Source: Polyangiaceae bacterium
GTDB taxonomy: Bacteria > Myxococcota_A > Polyangia > Polyangiales > Polyangiaceae
Assembly (NCBI GenBank): GCA_965222375.1
Contig: CBDCTZ010000014.1
Coordinates: forward strand, 576,001-640,000
Reading direction: 5' to 3'
DNA length: 64,000 nt
The notes beneath the pieces were generated by a model. It worked only from the letters and a program-made list of their open reading frames with translations, did no database searches and was not told the DNA's origin. The translations under genes and the position numbers were made by a program. Below, piece after piece: positions 8,974 to 19,071 of this stretch (its first letter is position 1; the number at the start of each line of letters is the position of its first letter).

Positions 8974-11409
8974 TCACTCGATCGCCTTGCCGCCGAAGAG
9001 CTTCTTGGCCAGTTTTGCCAGTCGCGCCCGAGATGCGCCGTTTCGGATCAGAGAGTGTGTGACGAGGGGTTTCCCGACCAGCTTTGGATCGAGAGTTACT
9101 TTGCCCTTCTTCGTCACTCGAAAGCCAAGTTCCGCTTTGCCCGTCTTTGGTTTGGAGCTGTACAGCACGATGTCGAAATGGCCTCGGTTCTTGGTGTCGT
9201 AGAACGCCCAGGCCAGGCCGTTGCGCTGGAAGTAGGCGTACTCGGCGTCGAATTTCCCGTCGCGCACGACCTTGCGTAGGTTCAGGCCCTTGGTGGATTT
9301 GTGGGCCAAGCTGTTGCGATCTAGATCCACCAGATAGCCGTCACTGCCCTGGGCACTGATCACGACTACGGCTTTCTGCATTCCGGCGACATCGAGCAGC
9401 TCGAAGCCAGCACCGCGATGGTCCTTGTGCGGATGAGGGAAGCTCTCGATGCCGGGGCCCTTGGCGCTCATCAGCTTCAGAAAGCTCTTGCCGATCAGCG
9501 CCTTGAGCGCTTTTGCGTGAGCGGGCTTGGTGAGCAACTCCGGCCGAATCAGTTTTCGCCCCACGTTTTCCAGGCTGTCCGTGCGGGCGCCACTGGCGTC
9601 GACGTTCTTCGCGGAGGCGGCGACGTAGAGGCGGCTGCCAGGGGAATGCAGCGCGAGATCGAAACGCCCGTCGTCGTCCGTGTCGTACCAGACCCACATC
9701 TGATTGCCCTGGCTGACGATGCTGACTTCGGCGTCGAAGTTCTTGTCGATCTTGTCCGCTGTCGTGCTCCGGGGCAGTTTGCCGATGCTGTTGCCGTCCA
9801 AGTCCAGCACGATGCGAGTGGAGAACGCGGTTCTGATGCGCAAGGTATCTTTGGCGCCGTCGCGATTGGCATCCATCGAGTAGGCCTTGCCAGTGGCGCC
9901 GATGGGTTCGGGTAGGGTCTCCGCCCCTTGGCTCCCGCGGTCCAGGTAGCGGGATGGGAACGCGCCCTTCGCGATCCGGATGAGCCGCGGGCGCACGGCT
10001 TCGCTCGCCAGAAGATTGGGCCGCACGATGCGCCCGCTGCGCAGCGAAGCGTCTTTCTTCAGCGAACCACCGGGAGCGACCCGGTACGCTGCCCGAGGGC
10101 GGCCGGTGATTCCATCATCGACGAGCAGCACATCCATCTTGCCGTCGTTGTCCGTGTCGTACCAAACGTAGGCGTTTCGTTCGATTCGCAGATAGACCAT
10201 CTCGGCATCAAAACGCTTCTTTTCGTAGACCTCCGTCAGCGAAGGCAACCGGCGCGAGCCGCGAAAGCTGTCCTGGTCGACGTCCACGAAGACCGCGGCG
10301 CTCTGGCGTGGGCAAAAGCTGCAAGGGCGCCGACCCTGAAGTAGTAGCGCGTCTACCCGACCGTCCAGGTCTACGTCCTCGTAGCTTGCGTCACCGCCAC
10401 CGTCTTTCCAGGGGTCGGGCAAGAGTTGGGCGGGCTTGGCGGGCAGCTTCTTGACGAACTGCTCGACTTCTTTGCGATGGATGTGAAAGGAAAGTAGTCC
10501 GCCGGTCTTGCGATCTCGGTTGGAGAAGGCGTTTAGACCGATGAGCCTACCTTGATCGCTCACCAGCGGCCCGCCGCTATCTCCAGGCAGGATGTTGCAG
10601 GTGGACTGGATCACGAGCCCGAGGTTCTGCTTGTTCAGGAACTTCTTGAACTTGTCTGCCGACGCCCGGCCCTTCTTGTCGTCCTTGAAGCGTGCCAAAG
10701 AAGCCAGCTGCTCGCTCAGCTTGCCGAGAGCCGAGACCTCACCCGTCTTCAGCGCCCACAGCATTCCCGCGCCCGCGTGCCCAACGGCATGCACCGCCTG
10801 ACCGGGCACCGGGTTCTTCTTGTCCAGGCGCACATAGGGCAGTTTCGGTGGCGGGTTGGTCATCTTGAGCAGCGCCAGATCCCGCAGCTTGTCGGACTTG
10901 TAGACCACGGCATCGTAGGTCTTTTCCTGCCGTGTCATCCCACCGCTCTGCTTGTCGATCTTGCCGAGGATGACCGAAACCGTCTTGCGAAACTCCTCGC
11001 TCTTGCCGTGCTCAACCACATGGTGATTGGTGACGATCCAGCCTTTGGGGTTGATGATGACGCCGGTTCCCATCCCGTTGGGAACGCGAATGATAGCCGT
11101 AGCCGGCGCCACGAGGCGATAGAGCTCTGCGGACGTCTTTGGTGGCGCCTTGGCGGTCTTCATCAAACCCAAAGTGTCCGGCGCCACCGCGGTGCGCGCT
11201 CGGCGATCGAGCAACTTGGGGCTTGGCACTCGCGCGCCGTCTGGAATGTCTCCGGAGCCCTCTTGCGGGGATCCACTTGCGCCAGCTGGCTTCGCCTGGT
11301 CCGTGCTGCCTGTCGCGGCGCTGTTGCTTGCTGGGCCGGACTGCGTACCGCCGCAACACATGAGGAGCGCCGCGACGGCTAGGTGCATTGAATGACGCCA
11401 AAGTTCCAT
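8974..11409 (-). CDS. Exported trypsin-like (S1) serine protease with C-terminal DxDxDG repeat region, probable lipoprotein
   Basis: Catalytic triad contexts TNHHVV, DLALL, GDSGGP; hydrophobic N-terminus ending LMCCGG; three WYDTDxDG-type repeats. Start 11409 or 11388. Confidence 0.85.
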   Translation of the reverse strand: MELWRHSMHLAVAALLMCCGGTQSGPASNSAATGSTDQAKPAGASGSPQEGSGDIPDGARVPSPKLLDRRARTAVAPDTLGLMKTAKAPPKTSAELYRLVAPATAIIRVPNGMGTGVIINPKGWIVTNHHVVEHGKSEEFRKTVSVILGKIDKQSGGMTRQEKTYDAVVYKSDKLRDLALLKMTNPPPKLPYVRLDKKNPVPGQAVHAVGHAGAGMLWALKTGEVSALGKLSEQLASLARFKDDKKGRASADKFKKFLNKQNLGLVIQSTCNILPGDSGGPLVSDQGRLIGLNAFSNRDRKTGGLLSFHIHRKEVEQFVKKLPAKPAQLLPDPWKDGGGDASYEDVDLDGRVDALLLQGRRPCSFCPRQSAAVFVDVDQDSFRGSRRLPSLTEVYEKKRFDAEMVYLRIERNAYVWYDTDNDGKMDVLLVDDGITGRPRAAYRVAPGGSLKKDASLRSGRIVRPNLLASEAVRPRLIRIAKGAFPSRYLDRGSQGAETLPEPIGATGKAYSMDANRDGAKDTLRIRTAFSTRIVLDLDGNSIGKLPRSTTADKIDKNFDAEVSIVSQGNQMWVWYDTDDDGRFDLALHSPGSRLYVAASAKNVDASGARTDSLENVGRKLIRPELLTKPAHAKALKALIGKSFLKLMSAKGPGIESFPHPHKDHRGAGFELLDVAGMQKAVVVISAQGSDGYLVDLDRNSLAHKSTKGLNLRKVVRDGKFDAEYAYFQRNGLAWAFYDTKNRGHFDIVLYSSKPKTGKAELGFRVTKKGKVTLDPKLVGKPLVTHSLIRNGASRARLAKLAKKLFGGKAIE

Positions 11410-11546
11410 TAGGGTTCCCCAAGCAGGTTTGGGTGAGAGATTAGCACGGCGAAGAAAAAAGGCGCCAAAGCGCCCTGTAGCCGTCCGGGAGCGGCTATTT
11501 CTTGAAGATCCATACGGCGCGCCATGAGTGGGGGCCGCCGGAAGCG

Positions 11547-11798
11547 TCAGAGTTCGGCGACGATGCGCGCCAGGACGTAAATGCAGAGCGCGACGATCCA
11601 GAGTGCCGCGCGCCGTTTCATGCCCGTCTCCATCCCCCACATCGGTGCCAACGGCACGACGATCAAGGCGACCGGTCCCCGCCACCAGGGCGGGCGCCGA
11701 AGCAAGCTGTAGGACAGTGTCAGGTGGGTCGTGATCAGAACCGCGAAGGAACCCACGAGGAGGGAAAGGACTAGGGCGTCCAAGGCGAAGGGCAGCAT
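11547..11798 (-). CDS. Small hypothetical membrane protein
   Basis: 83 aa with 2-3 hydrophobic segments; fills an otherwise empty gap. Confidence 0.6.
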   Translation of the reverse strand: MLPFALDALVLSLLVGSFAVLITTHLTLSYSLLRRPPWWRGPVALIVVPLAPMWGMETGMKRRAALWIVALCIYVLARIVAEL

Positions 11799-11987
11799 AA
11801 CGAAAGCGTCAGGGCAGGCAAAAGTAGCCAGCTCCAGCCCGGGCCGTTGCGGCTCCGCGTTGCGGGCCTCTCAGGCGGGATCCAAAAGCCTTTCAAATAC
11901 AGCTAGTTACGAGTAGGGGCTGAGTGTCCCGCGAAGCTTCTCCCCACGAACTGACGTCGACTGATTAGAGCGCGCTATGCTGCGCTC

Positions 11988-13856
11988 GTGCGAATCGACC
12001 ATGTTCTCTTTGCCTCTGTCTTGGGCGCGCTCCTGGCGCCCCTACCCATTGCGGGCCTGGCGCAAGCCGATGGCATTGCCAGTCGCCCTGACATCATGCC
12101 GGTCAGCGCGATCAAGCCCGGGATGAAAGGGCATGGCCTTACAGTTTTCGAGGGCACCAAGCCCGAGAAGTTCGAGATTGAAGTCATCGACGTCCTGAAG
12201 AACTTCCAGCCGCGTCAAGAGCTGATCTTGATCAAGACCAAGCACCCACGGCTGGAGGTGGTCAAGGTCGTTGCAGGTATGAGCGGGAGCCCGATCTACA
12301 TCAACAACAAGATGATCGGTGCCTACGCCTATGGCTGGACCTTCGGCAAGGAGCCCGTCGCTGGCGTGACCCCAATCCGCAGCATGCTCGATGATCTCGC
12401 GCGCCCAATCCCCAAATCGATCCATGGTTGGCCCCTGGCGGTGCTGCCGAAGGGCAAGAAGGTTGCCGCGAATAGGTCTCGCTCGGGTCAGAGGTACGCG
12501 GGCTTGGCTGACAAATACGACCTACGCAAGCATGGGCAGCAAGTCGCCAAGAGGCGGGCAGTGCGTCTACCCGGCAAGGACAGTCCCGTTGCGCCGGTGG
12601 CCACACCAATGCTTCTCGGTGGCATGAGCGCCGGTGCCATCGGGTTGGCTCGGGAACTCCTGGCGCCCATGGGCTTGGAGCCCCTCCAAGCCGGAGGTGG
12701 CGGAAAGGCCGAACCTGGAGCGCCAACCCGCTACGTTGACGGTGGCGCGGTGGGTGTGCAGCTGGTTCGCGGCGACATGAGCGCCATGGGTTTGGGAACG
12801 GTGACCCGCGTGGAAGGCGATAAGCTGGTCGCCTTCGGGCATCCGATGATGCAAGCAGGCGTCACCGCGCTGCCAACGGCCATTGGGCGTGTGCTGTGGT
12901 TCTTGGCCAGCGATATGCGCTCCTTCAAGATTGGCATGCCTGCCCGCAGCGTCGGCGCGATGATCAATGACCGGCTGGCGTCCATCGTGGTGAGTCACAA
13001 GGCCAAAGCACCCACGTTCCCGGTTACGCTGAAGATCAAGGGTGTGAAAGGTGCGCCCTACACCACGTGGAAGTTCGAAATCGCCCACGAAAAATTCATG
13101 ACTCCGGCGTTCATGTCGATTGCCATGGGCAGCGCACTTCAAGCAACGGCTTCCGAACGACAGGACGTGAGTTGGACGGCGACCAGCAAGTTGCGAGTGA
13201 AAGGTCACGGCACGATCAAGCTGCAAGACTACGGTGTGGCGATAGGGGGCACTCCGGACCCGAATGACTTCGTTCGATCCAACCTGGTACGCGCGGTCGG
13301 GGGCATTTTGAACAACCCCTGGGAGTCGGCATTCGTGCAAAGCGCGGAGATGGAAATCGAACTGCGCTACGCCCGCGAAATGCTGAAGTTGAGGGGAGCG
13401 GAGGCCCTCGAGTCCGAAATCGAGGCGGGGCGCCCAGCGCGGATTCGACTGACCCTCGTGCCTTACGCGGGCAAGGAGATCCACCGGGTCGTGACCGTGC
13501 CGATTCCGGCACATATGGCGGGCAAGAAGGTGACCCTGCAAATCGGTCCCGGCTACCTTGAGAAGAAGGAGCGCGCCGATGCCGAGAATCTCGGCGACCT
13601 GGTGCGCAACCTCGAGGACCGGACCTACCCGGTCCGTTCCGCAGTGGTCTCCTACGCAACGGGGGATGGCGCCGTCTCCTTCAAAGGTCGAGTGGCCAAG
13701 AACCTGCCCCCAGGCGCGCTGGATATCCTGCGCCCAACCTCGGCCTCGGTGGCGCCGAAATCCTTCAAATCCGAGGCCCGACATACGGTACCCCTCGGGC
13801 AGTTCATGGTCGGTAACGACCGAGTTCAAATTAGTGTAAAGCCAGTGTTGCGGTAG
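11988..13856 (+). CDS. SpoIVB-like peptidase S55 domain protein, secreted
   Basis: GMKGHGLTVFEGT, VAGMSGSPIY (catalytic Ser context), VAFGHPM; signal peptide. Confidence 0.88.
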   Translation: MRIDHVLFASVLGALLAPLPIAGLAQADGIASRPDIMPVSAIKPGMKGHGLTVFEGTKPEKFEIEVIDVLKNFQPRQELILIKTKHPRLEVVKVVAGMSGSPIYINNKMIGAYAYGWTFGKEPVAGVTPIRSMLDDLARPIPKSIHGWPLAVLPKGKKVAANRSRSGQRYAGLADKYDLRKHGQQVAKRRAVRLPGKDSPVAPVATPMLLGGMSAGAIGLARELLAPMGLEPLQAGGGGKAEPGAPTRYVDGGAVGVQLVRGDMSAMGLGTVTRVEGDKLVAFGHPMMQAGVTALPTAIGRVLWFLASDMRSFKIGMPARSVGAMINDRLASIVVSHKAKAPTFPVTLKIKGVKGAPYTTWKFEIAHEKFMTPAFMSIAMGSALQATASERQDVSWTATSKLRVKGHGTIKLQDYGVAIGGTPDPNDFVRSNLVRAVGGILNNPWESAFVQSAEMEIELRYAREMLKLRGAEALESEIEAGRPARIRLTLVPYAGKEIHRVVTVPIPAHMAGKKVTLQIGPGYLEKKERADAENLGDLVRNLEDRTYPVRSAVVSYATGDGAVSFKGRVAKNLPPGALDILRPTSASVAPKSFKSEARHTVPLGQFMVGNDRVQISVKPVLR

Positions 13857-13910
13857 GCCGGCGCGCCCGCGCCCGCTTCAGCAAGAATCGTCTAGCAAGG
13901 TGATCCTCTC

Positions 13911-15980
13911 GTGTTGACTCGAAACAGCTTCTACAAAGGCTTGATTGGTTTGGCGTCCGCTCTGGGCTTCATGGTCTTGGCGGACCCGGCATCCGCGGTA
14001 GGAACGCGCCGCTTTGTTCTCGACTCAGGTGACGAGCTCAAGGGAGGTGACCTCAAAGGCGTTGCCGTCGACGCTTCGGGCCGCGTCCGTGCGGGGTTCA
14101 ATCTGGGGTCGACTCAGGTGAGCGAAGCTTCGGCGATCTGGGCAGCGCTACCGCGGAAGGATGGTTCAATCCTGCTCGGCACGGGCAACGAAGGCAAACT
14201 ACTCAAGGTCAATGGTGCCAAGGTCAGCGTACTTGCAGAGACCAAAGCGCTCGTCGTGACTTCCTTGACCGAAGCCTGGGGTGGCAGTGTGGCTATGGGC
14301 ACGATGCCCGACGGTAAGGTGATGAAGTGGGACCGCGGCAAGCTGTCGGACCTTGCGACCCTCAAGGGCGCCGAGCACGTTTGGCAGGTTGCTTTCGACA
14401 AGAAGAGCAACAGTGTGCTGGCGGCAACCGGCCCAGAAGGAAAGCTCTACAGGATTGGGCAGACTGGGCAAGCCCAGGTCGTCTTCGACGCCCCTGAGCA
14501 ACACTTGATGAGCGTCGCGGTCGCGCCCGACGGAACCATCTACGCGGGTGCCAGCGACAAGGCGAAGCTGTACAAAATCACTGCGCCTGGGCGCGCGTCT
14601 GTTTTGTACGACTTTGGCCGCACCGAAGTCCGTGCCATCGCAGTTGGCGCCAAGGGAGATGTGTACGCCGTCGCCAACGAGATCAAGAGCGGCAGCTATT
14701 CGTCTTCGCGGTCTAGCTCGTCCTTGAGCAAGTCCGGCGCTCGCCCAGCCCGCAAGCCGCCGAAGACCAAGGGCAAGGGTACGCTGTATCACTTCAGCCC
14801 TAGCGGCTCGCCGGACCAGCTGATCGACGACAAGAAGGAGCACTTTCTATCCGTCGCGATAGGCGATGATGGTCGACCCTACGTGGGCACCGGCGTCGAG
14901 GGCAGGGTCTACACGGTGACGGACGCACATCACGTCGTGCTCGTGGCGGACACAGAGGAGCGTCAGGTCAACGTGCTCTCGGTCAAGGGCAAGCAGCGCT
15001 TTTTGGGCGCGAGCGATCCCGCAGTATTGCATCCCATCCGTGGCGTGGGCGGACAAGACGCCGTCTGGACCAGCAAGGTATTCGATGCCGGGCTGCGCGC
15101 GAGCTTCGGTCGAATGACCTGGCGCACCACGGGAACTTTGGAACTTTCTACGCGAACCGGGAACACCAAAGAGCCCGACGACACCTGGAGCGCATGGAGT
15201 GCGGGGATGACTGCGGCGGGCAAGGTGAAAAGCCCGCCTGGACGCTACGTGCAGGTGCGGGCTCGCTGGAACCGCGATGCGGCCGCAGTCTTATCTGAGG
15301 TCACTCTGCCCTTTGTCACGGACAATCTGCGAGCCACCGTGACGGAGATCACCACGGGAAGCTCGTCCAAATCGAGCTCATCGAGTTCGTCTTCGAAGTC
15401 TCTGCAGGCCTCTGGCAGCCCTGTCGACAAGAAGCCCAACACCAAGGTGGAGCTGAAGTGGAAAGTAAACAACCCGGACAAGGATGCGCTTCGCTTCCGG
15501 GTGCAGTACCGACTGGTGGGCACGACGACTTGGTACGAACTGCTGAAACCTCGCGAAAAGCTCAGCAAGGAAAAGTACTCGTGGGATACAGCGGATCTGC
15601 CTGAGGGTGAGTATCGGGTGCGTGTCGTGGCCACGGATGAGCTGTCGAATCCACCTGACAAGGTGCGCCGCCACGAGCTCGAGAGTACGGTGATCCTGGT
15701 GGACAACACGGCTCCGCGAGTGGAAAACCTCACCGCTCAGGCGCGCCGGGTCCGCGGTCGCGCTATCGATGGCGTTGGACCCATCAAGAGGATCGAGATC
15801 TCCGTCGCCGGCAGCGACGAGTGGTACCCCTTCTTCCCGAAGGATGGGATCTTCGACGAGCAAGCAGAGGACTTCGACGCGGATGTTTCCACGTTCGTGC
15901 CGGCAGGCGCAGCGATGCTCTCGGTGCGCGTTTACGACACCGCGAACAACTTCGTGATTCGCAACGTCGCCGTCAAGTAG
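13911..15980 (+). CDS. Secreted beta-propeller protein with C-terminal FN3/Ig-like domains
   Basis: Signal peptide; repeated GTGxEGKLY-type blades; WDTADLPEGEYRVRVVATD...VDNTAP C-terminus; follows the S55 gene. Confidence 0.75.
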   Translation: MLTRNSFYKGLIGLASALGFMVLADPASAVGTRRFVLDSGDELKGGDLKGVAVDASGRVRAGFNLGSTQVSEASAIWAALPRKDGSILLGTGNEGKLLKVNGAKVSVLAETKALVVTSLTEAWGGSVAMGTMPDGKVMKWDRGKLSDLATLKGAEHVWQVAFDKKSNSVLAATGPEGKLYRIGQTGQAQVVFDAPEQHLMSVAVAPDGTIYAGASDKAKLYKITAPGRASVLYDFGRTEVRAIAVGAKGDVYAVANEIKSGSYSSSRSSSSLSKSGARPARKPPKTKGKGTLYHFSPSGSPDQLIDDKKEHFLSVAIGDDGRPYVGTGVEGRVYTVTDAHHVVLVADTEERQVNVLSVKGKQRFLGASDPAVLHPIRGVGGQDAVWTSKVFDAGLRASFGRMTWRTTGTLELSTRTGNTKEPDDTWSAWSAGMTAAGKVKSPPGRYVQVRARWNRDAAAVLSEVTLPFVTDNLRATVTEITTGSSSKSSSSSSSSKSLQASGSPVDKKPNTKVELKWKVNNPDKDALRFRVQYRLVGTTTWYELLKPREKLSKEKYSWDTADLPEGEYRVRVVATDELSNPPDKVRRHELESTVILVDNTAPRVENLTAQARRVRGRAIDGVGPIKRIEISVAGSDEWYPFFPKDGIFDEQAEDFDADVSTFVPAGAAMLSVRVYDTANNFVIRNVAVK

Positions 15981-16089
15981 CGCCCGCCACGAAAGGGTTG
16001 AGCCGCACGTGACATGGCTGCCAGGGGTGACACGGTCGCCCGGGCGCGCTTTGATGGCAAAAGTCCGGGATTTTGAAGATTTGCCCCTT

Positions 16090-16105
16090 CGGCACGGCGT
16101 GTGCT
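16090..16105 (+). promoter_or_regulatory. Putative sigma-54 promoter
   Basis: CGGCACGGCGTGTGCT, GG-N10-GC spacing, ~55 nt upstream of ATG 16162. Confidence 0.4.
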
Positions 16106-16161
16106 CAATTCTTCTGCAAGTGCTACATTTTCTTGCTGGATCCTTGAGCCCCTCATCAAAG

Positions 16162-17109
16162 ATGTTGCGCACATTTGCCCTCCTGGTGCTGGCCGTGTTC
16201 ACGACCTTTGCCTGTGCGTCCATCGAAGAGGAATCCAGCAGTTCTGACGCATCCTGCGTAGGCATCGGATGTCAGCCGGTGGATGCAGGGCGAGATCAGT
16301 TCACCGCGGATGTGGCCGTGCCAGATGGTGCCACCGACTCTGGGGGGCCTCCGATGATCAACCCCTTGTGCGGAAAGGGCTGCGATCCCGACGAGGCGGC
16401 GGCTTGTGCGAACTTCGCACCGCCCGCCTCCGACGCTGGCACGGCGGATGCGGGGGACGCCTCCGATGGCTATGCGGATGGTGGGCCGAAGTTGGACGCC
16501 GGAGTCAGCGAAGGCGGCCCGGCGAATGCCTTCGGGTGTTTCGTATCGGTGGACGGGACCGAGCCCAAAGCCGAGTGCTCCACCGCCGGCACGGGCAGCA
16601 CTGGCGCACCTTGTGTCAGTTCTGCGGATTGCGCAGCCGGTTTTGCTTGTGTCGGCGACGCCAGCGCTGCGCAATGCCGTCCCTATTGCTGCAACCAGAA
16701 GACGGATTGTGAGCCGGGCACCTACTGTGCCGAGCGCACCTTTCGTGACGAGAGCGGACCCACTACGTCGAAAGTGCCCGTGTGCGTTCAGGCGGATAAC
16801 TGCGACTTGTCGGAACCCTACCCGTGCCCGCCGAACCAGCAGTGCACATGCAAAGACGGTCAAGCTTGCGCGGTGGTGCGCAGGGACGGCACGACTAGCT
16901 GTGTGATGCCTGGCAAAGGGCTAGCGGGTGACGAATGCCCCTGCGCGCCTGGCCATGTCTGTGCGAAAGCCACCAACAGCTGCTTGAAGCTCTGCAACAC
17001 CCAAGCGACGGTGAGCGAATGCGGTAGCGGCAAGTGCCAAGGCGCCTCGTACCTGCCCGACGGCTACGGCGTTTGTGTGTTGACGCCGCCGGACAGCGGA
17101 AAGCCCTAG
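16162..17109 (+). CDS. Cys-rich lipoprotein (myxobacterial type)
   Basis: Signal peptide with lipobox TFAC; DAG-rich linker; many Cys modules. Confidence 0.75.
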   Translation: MLRTFALLVLAVFTTFACASIEEESSSSDASCVGIGCQPVDAGRDQFTADVAVPDGATDSGGPPMINPLCGKGCDPDEAAACANFAPPASDAGTADAGDASDGYADGGPKLDAGVSEGGPANAFGCFVSVDGTEPKAECSTAGTGSTGAPCVSSADCAAGFACVGDASAAQCRPYCCNQKTDCEPGTYCAERTFRDESGPTTSKVPVCVQADNCDLSEPYPCPPNQQCTCKDGQACAVVRRDGTTSCVMPGKGLAGDECPCAPGHVCAKATNSCLKLCNTQATVSECGSGKCQGASYLPDGYGVCVLTPPDSGKP

Positions 17110-17124
17110 CCCGCCGGTGACGAG

Positions 17125-18027
17125 CTAGAGGAGCAGTCGAGAAGGTGGCATCCGGTCACCGCCTTCGAGTTGAGCGTTCAGCTCCGCGCCCACGAGCATG
17201 GCGAAGCACCAAATCCAGATCCACGCCATGGCGATCGCGACGGCGGCAAGGCTGCCGTAGAAGAGCGCGAACTCGGCGATGGTGCGCGCGTAGTACGCGA
17301 ACAAAAAGGAGGAGAGCCCGCCGATAGCCACCGTCAGGCTGGCTCCTGGCCAAACCCTCCGCCTAACCCCAGGCCGTCGAACCGCAATGCGGAAGAAGCC
17401 CGCAAGGCCGGCAGTTGCCCCTAGAAGAATCAGTCCTAGCGCGACACCCTTGCCCACGGGAGTGTCCCAGCCACCATCTACACGCAGTTCGTGGAGGATT
17501 GCGATGGGGCCACCCGCGAGCCATACGCCGAGTATGCCGATCCCGGTGAACGCCAACACCGTGGCCAGAACGCACCCCAAAGCGATGAGCCGCTTTCGCC
17601 ACCAGGCCCGCCGCGGCGCGCCCACCATGACTTCGAAGACCGACATCAAGGTGTGGTAGGCGCCCGAGGCGAGCCATAGCGTTCCAACCAACGCGAAGGG
17701 CGCGACCGCGCCTGCGGAGAATCGTTCGAAATGCCGTCGAATCAGCACGTGTACCTGGGCGGGGGTCATCTCCAGGAGTAGGGATGTGGAGCCCAACGCC
17801 TCCGGGCTCTGTCGCAACACCTGTGCGATCAGCCAGCCTGCGAAGGCCAACATCGGAATCGCTGCCAAGAATAGGTTGAACGCCATGGCGCTGGCAGCAC
17901 GACCCACCCGGTGGCGCCCCAAGCCCGACCACAGGGAATACACGCCCCGGCGGTAGGGGCCCTGGTCGAAGAACAGCGCCGTTTGCCGTCGAACCAGAGC
18001 GAGGGTTTCAGCAGTGCGTTCGTTCAT
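17125..18027 (-). CDS. YihY/virulence factor BrkB family membrane protein
   Basis: ASAMAFNLFLAAIP, VWPGA, YGSLAAVAIAMAWIW...LVGAELNA. Confidence 0.9.
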   Translation of the reverse strand: MNERTAETLALVRRQTALFFDQGPYRRGVYSLWSGLGRHRVGRAASAMAFNLFLAAIPMLAFAGWLIAQVLRQSPEALGSTSLLLEMTPAQVHVLIRRHFERFSAGAVAPFALVGTLWLASGAYHTLMSVFEVMVGAPRRAWWRKRLIALGCVLATVLAFTGIGILGVWLAGGPIAILHELRVDGGWDTPVGKGVALGLILLGATAGLAGFFRIAVRRPGVRRRVWPGASLTVAIGGLSSFLFAYYARTIAEFALFYGSLAAVAIAMAWIWIWCFAMLVGAELNAQLEGGDRMPPSRLLL

Positions 18028-18097
18028 TGGGCGGCTGGTGCCGAGCGCCTCGTTCTGGGGTGGCGCCCGGGCGCGCGTTGGCTTAGGGCTCGGCGCT

Positions 18098-18514
18098 GTG
18101 ACGGTACATCAAGAAGCCTTCGAAGTGACAACTCGTGGCAAGGGTTTGGCCGATGTGACGCCCGAGGTCGGCGCGATTGCACGGCGCAGCGGCGTGTCAA
18201 CGGGCTCGTGCACAGTATTCGTGCAGCACACGTCGGCCAGCTTGGTGATTCAGGAAAACGCAGATCCTGCAGTGCTGCGTGACCTCGAGCGCTACTTTGC
18301 CGAGTTGGTGCCAGAGAGTCGTCGTTGGGAACACGCCGACGAAGGCCCGGACGACATGCCGGCCCACGCCCGGGCCGTCCTGACAAAAACCAGCGAAACC
18401 ATTCCAATAATGGCGGGCCGCCTGGCCCTGGGAACATGGCAGGGCCTGTATCTGTGGGAGCATCGCGCTCGACCTCACACGCGACGTCTGGTCGTCACGG
18501 TTCAAGGTGAGTAA
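18098..18514 (+). CDS. yjbQ: YjbQ family (secondary thiamine-phosphate synthase)
   Basis: HTSASLVIQENADP, EGPDDMPAH, LGTWQGLYLWEHR; GTG start inferred. Confidence 0.92.
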   Translation: MTVHQEAFEVTTRGKGLADVTPEVGAIARRSGVSTGSCTVFVQHTSASLVIQENADPAVLRDLERYFAELVPESRRWEHADEGPDDMPAHARAVLTKTSETIPIMAGRLALGTWQGLYLWEHRARPHTRRLVVTVQGE

Positions 18515-18525
18515 AGGAGGTCGTG

Positions 18526-19071
18526 ATGCAAACAGAACCCTCCGAACCCACTGACGCCGAGGCCACCGGGAAGCCCTTCGGTCCCGACTTTCTGGCGGAC
18601 CTGCCTTACGAGCCGTCGGTGCTGCTGTTTGACCGCCTACTGGAGGTCGACCCGGAGCAGCAGCTGGTGCGCTGTCGAATGCCCACGGATGGTCCCATCC
18701 CTTTCATGGATCGCCAGAGGGCGCACGATGTGTTTCATCCAAGTCACGTCGCTGGTGCGGCTTTGATCCACGCCACCGGAATGCTCGGATTCATTCACGC
18801 CTACTACATCCTCGGCATGCGCCACAGCGAAGGCTGGATCGGATATGGGACGCACATCCACAAAGCGGTGTTCCGCAAACTCGTTCCGCCGGGCTCGCCT
18901 ATCGATGCGGCGTGTCGCGCTACCAAGTTGCGGCTGGGCAGGTCGCGCCACGTGATTCGCTACGAGTTCGAGTTCCGGCATGAAGGGCAGCGTTGCTACG
19001 AGGGGGATCAGACAGCGATGTGGATGAAGCTCGATCCGACTAGCGCCAAGCCTACGTCGTCGTCAGCATAG
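18526..19071 (+). CDS. Hotdog-fold (FabA/FabZ-like) protein
   Basis: LPYEPSVLLFDRLLEVD and FRKLVPPG resemble FabZ motifs; RBS AAGGAGG upstream. Confidence 0.65.
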   Translation: MQTEPSEPTDAEATGKPFGPDFLADLPYEPSVLLFDRLLEVDPEQQLVRCRMPTDGPIPFMDRQRAHDVFHPSHVAGAALIHATGMLGFIHAYYILGMRHSEGWIGYGTHIHKAVFRKLVPPGSPIDAACRATKLRLGRSRHVIRYEFEFRHEGQRCYEGDQTAMWMKLDPTSAKPTSSSA

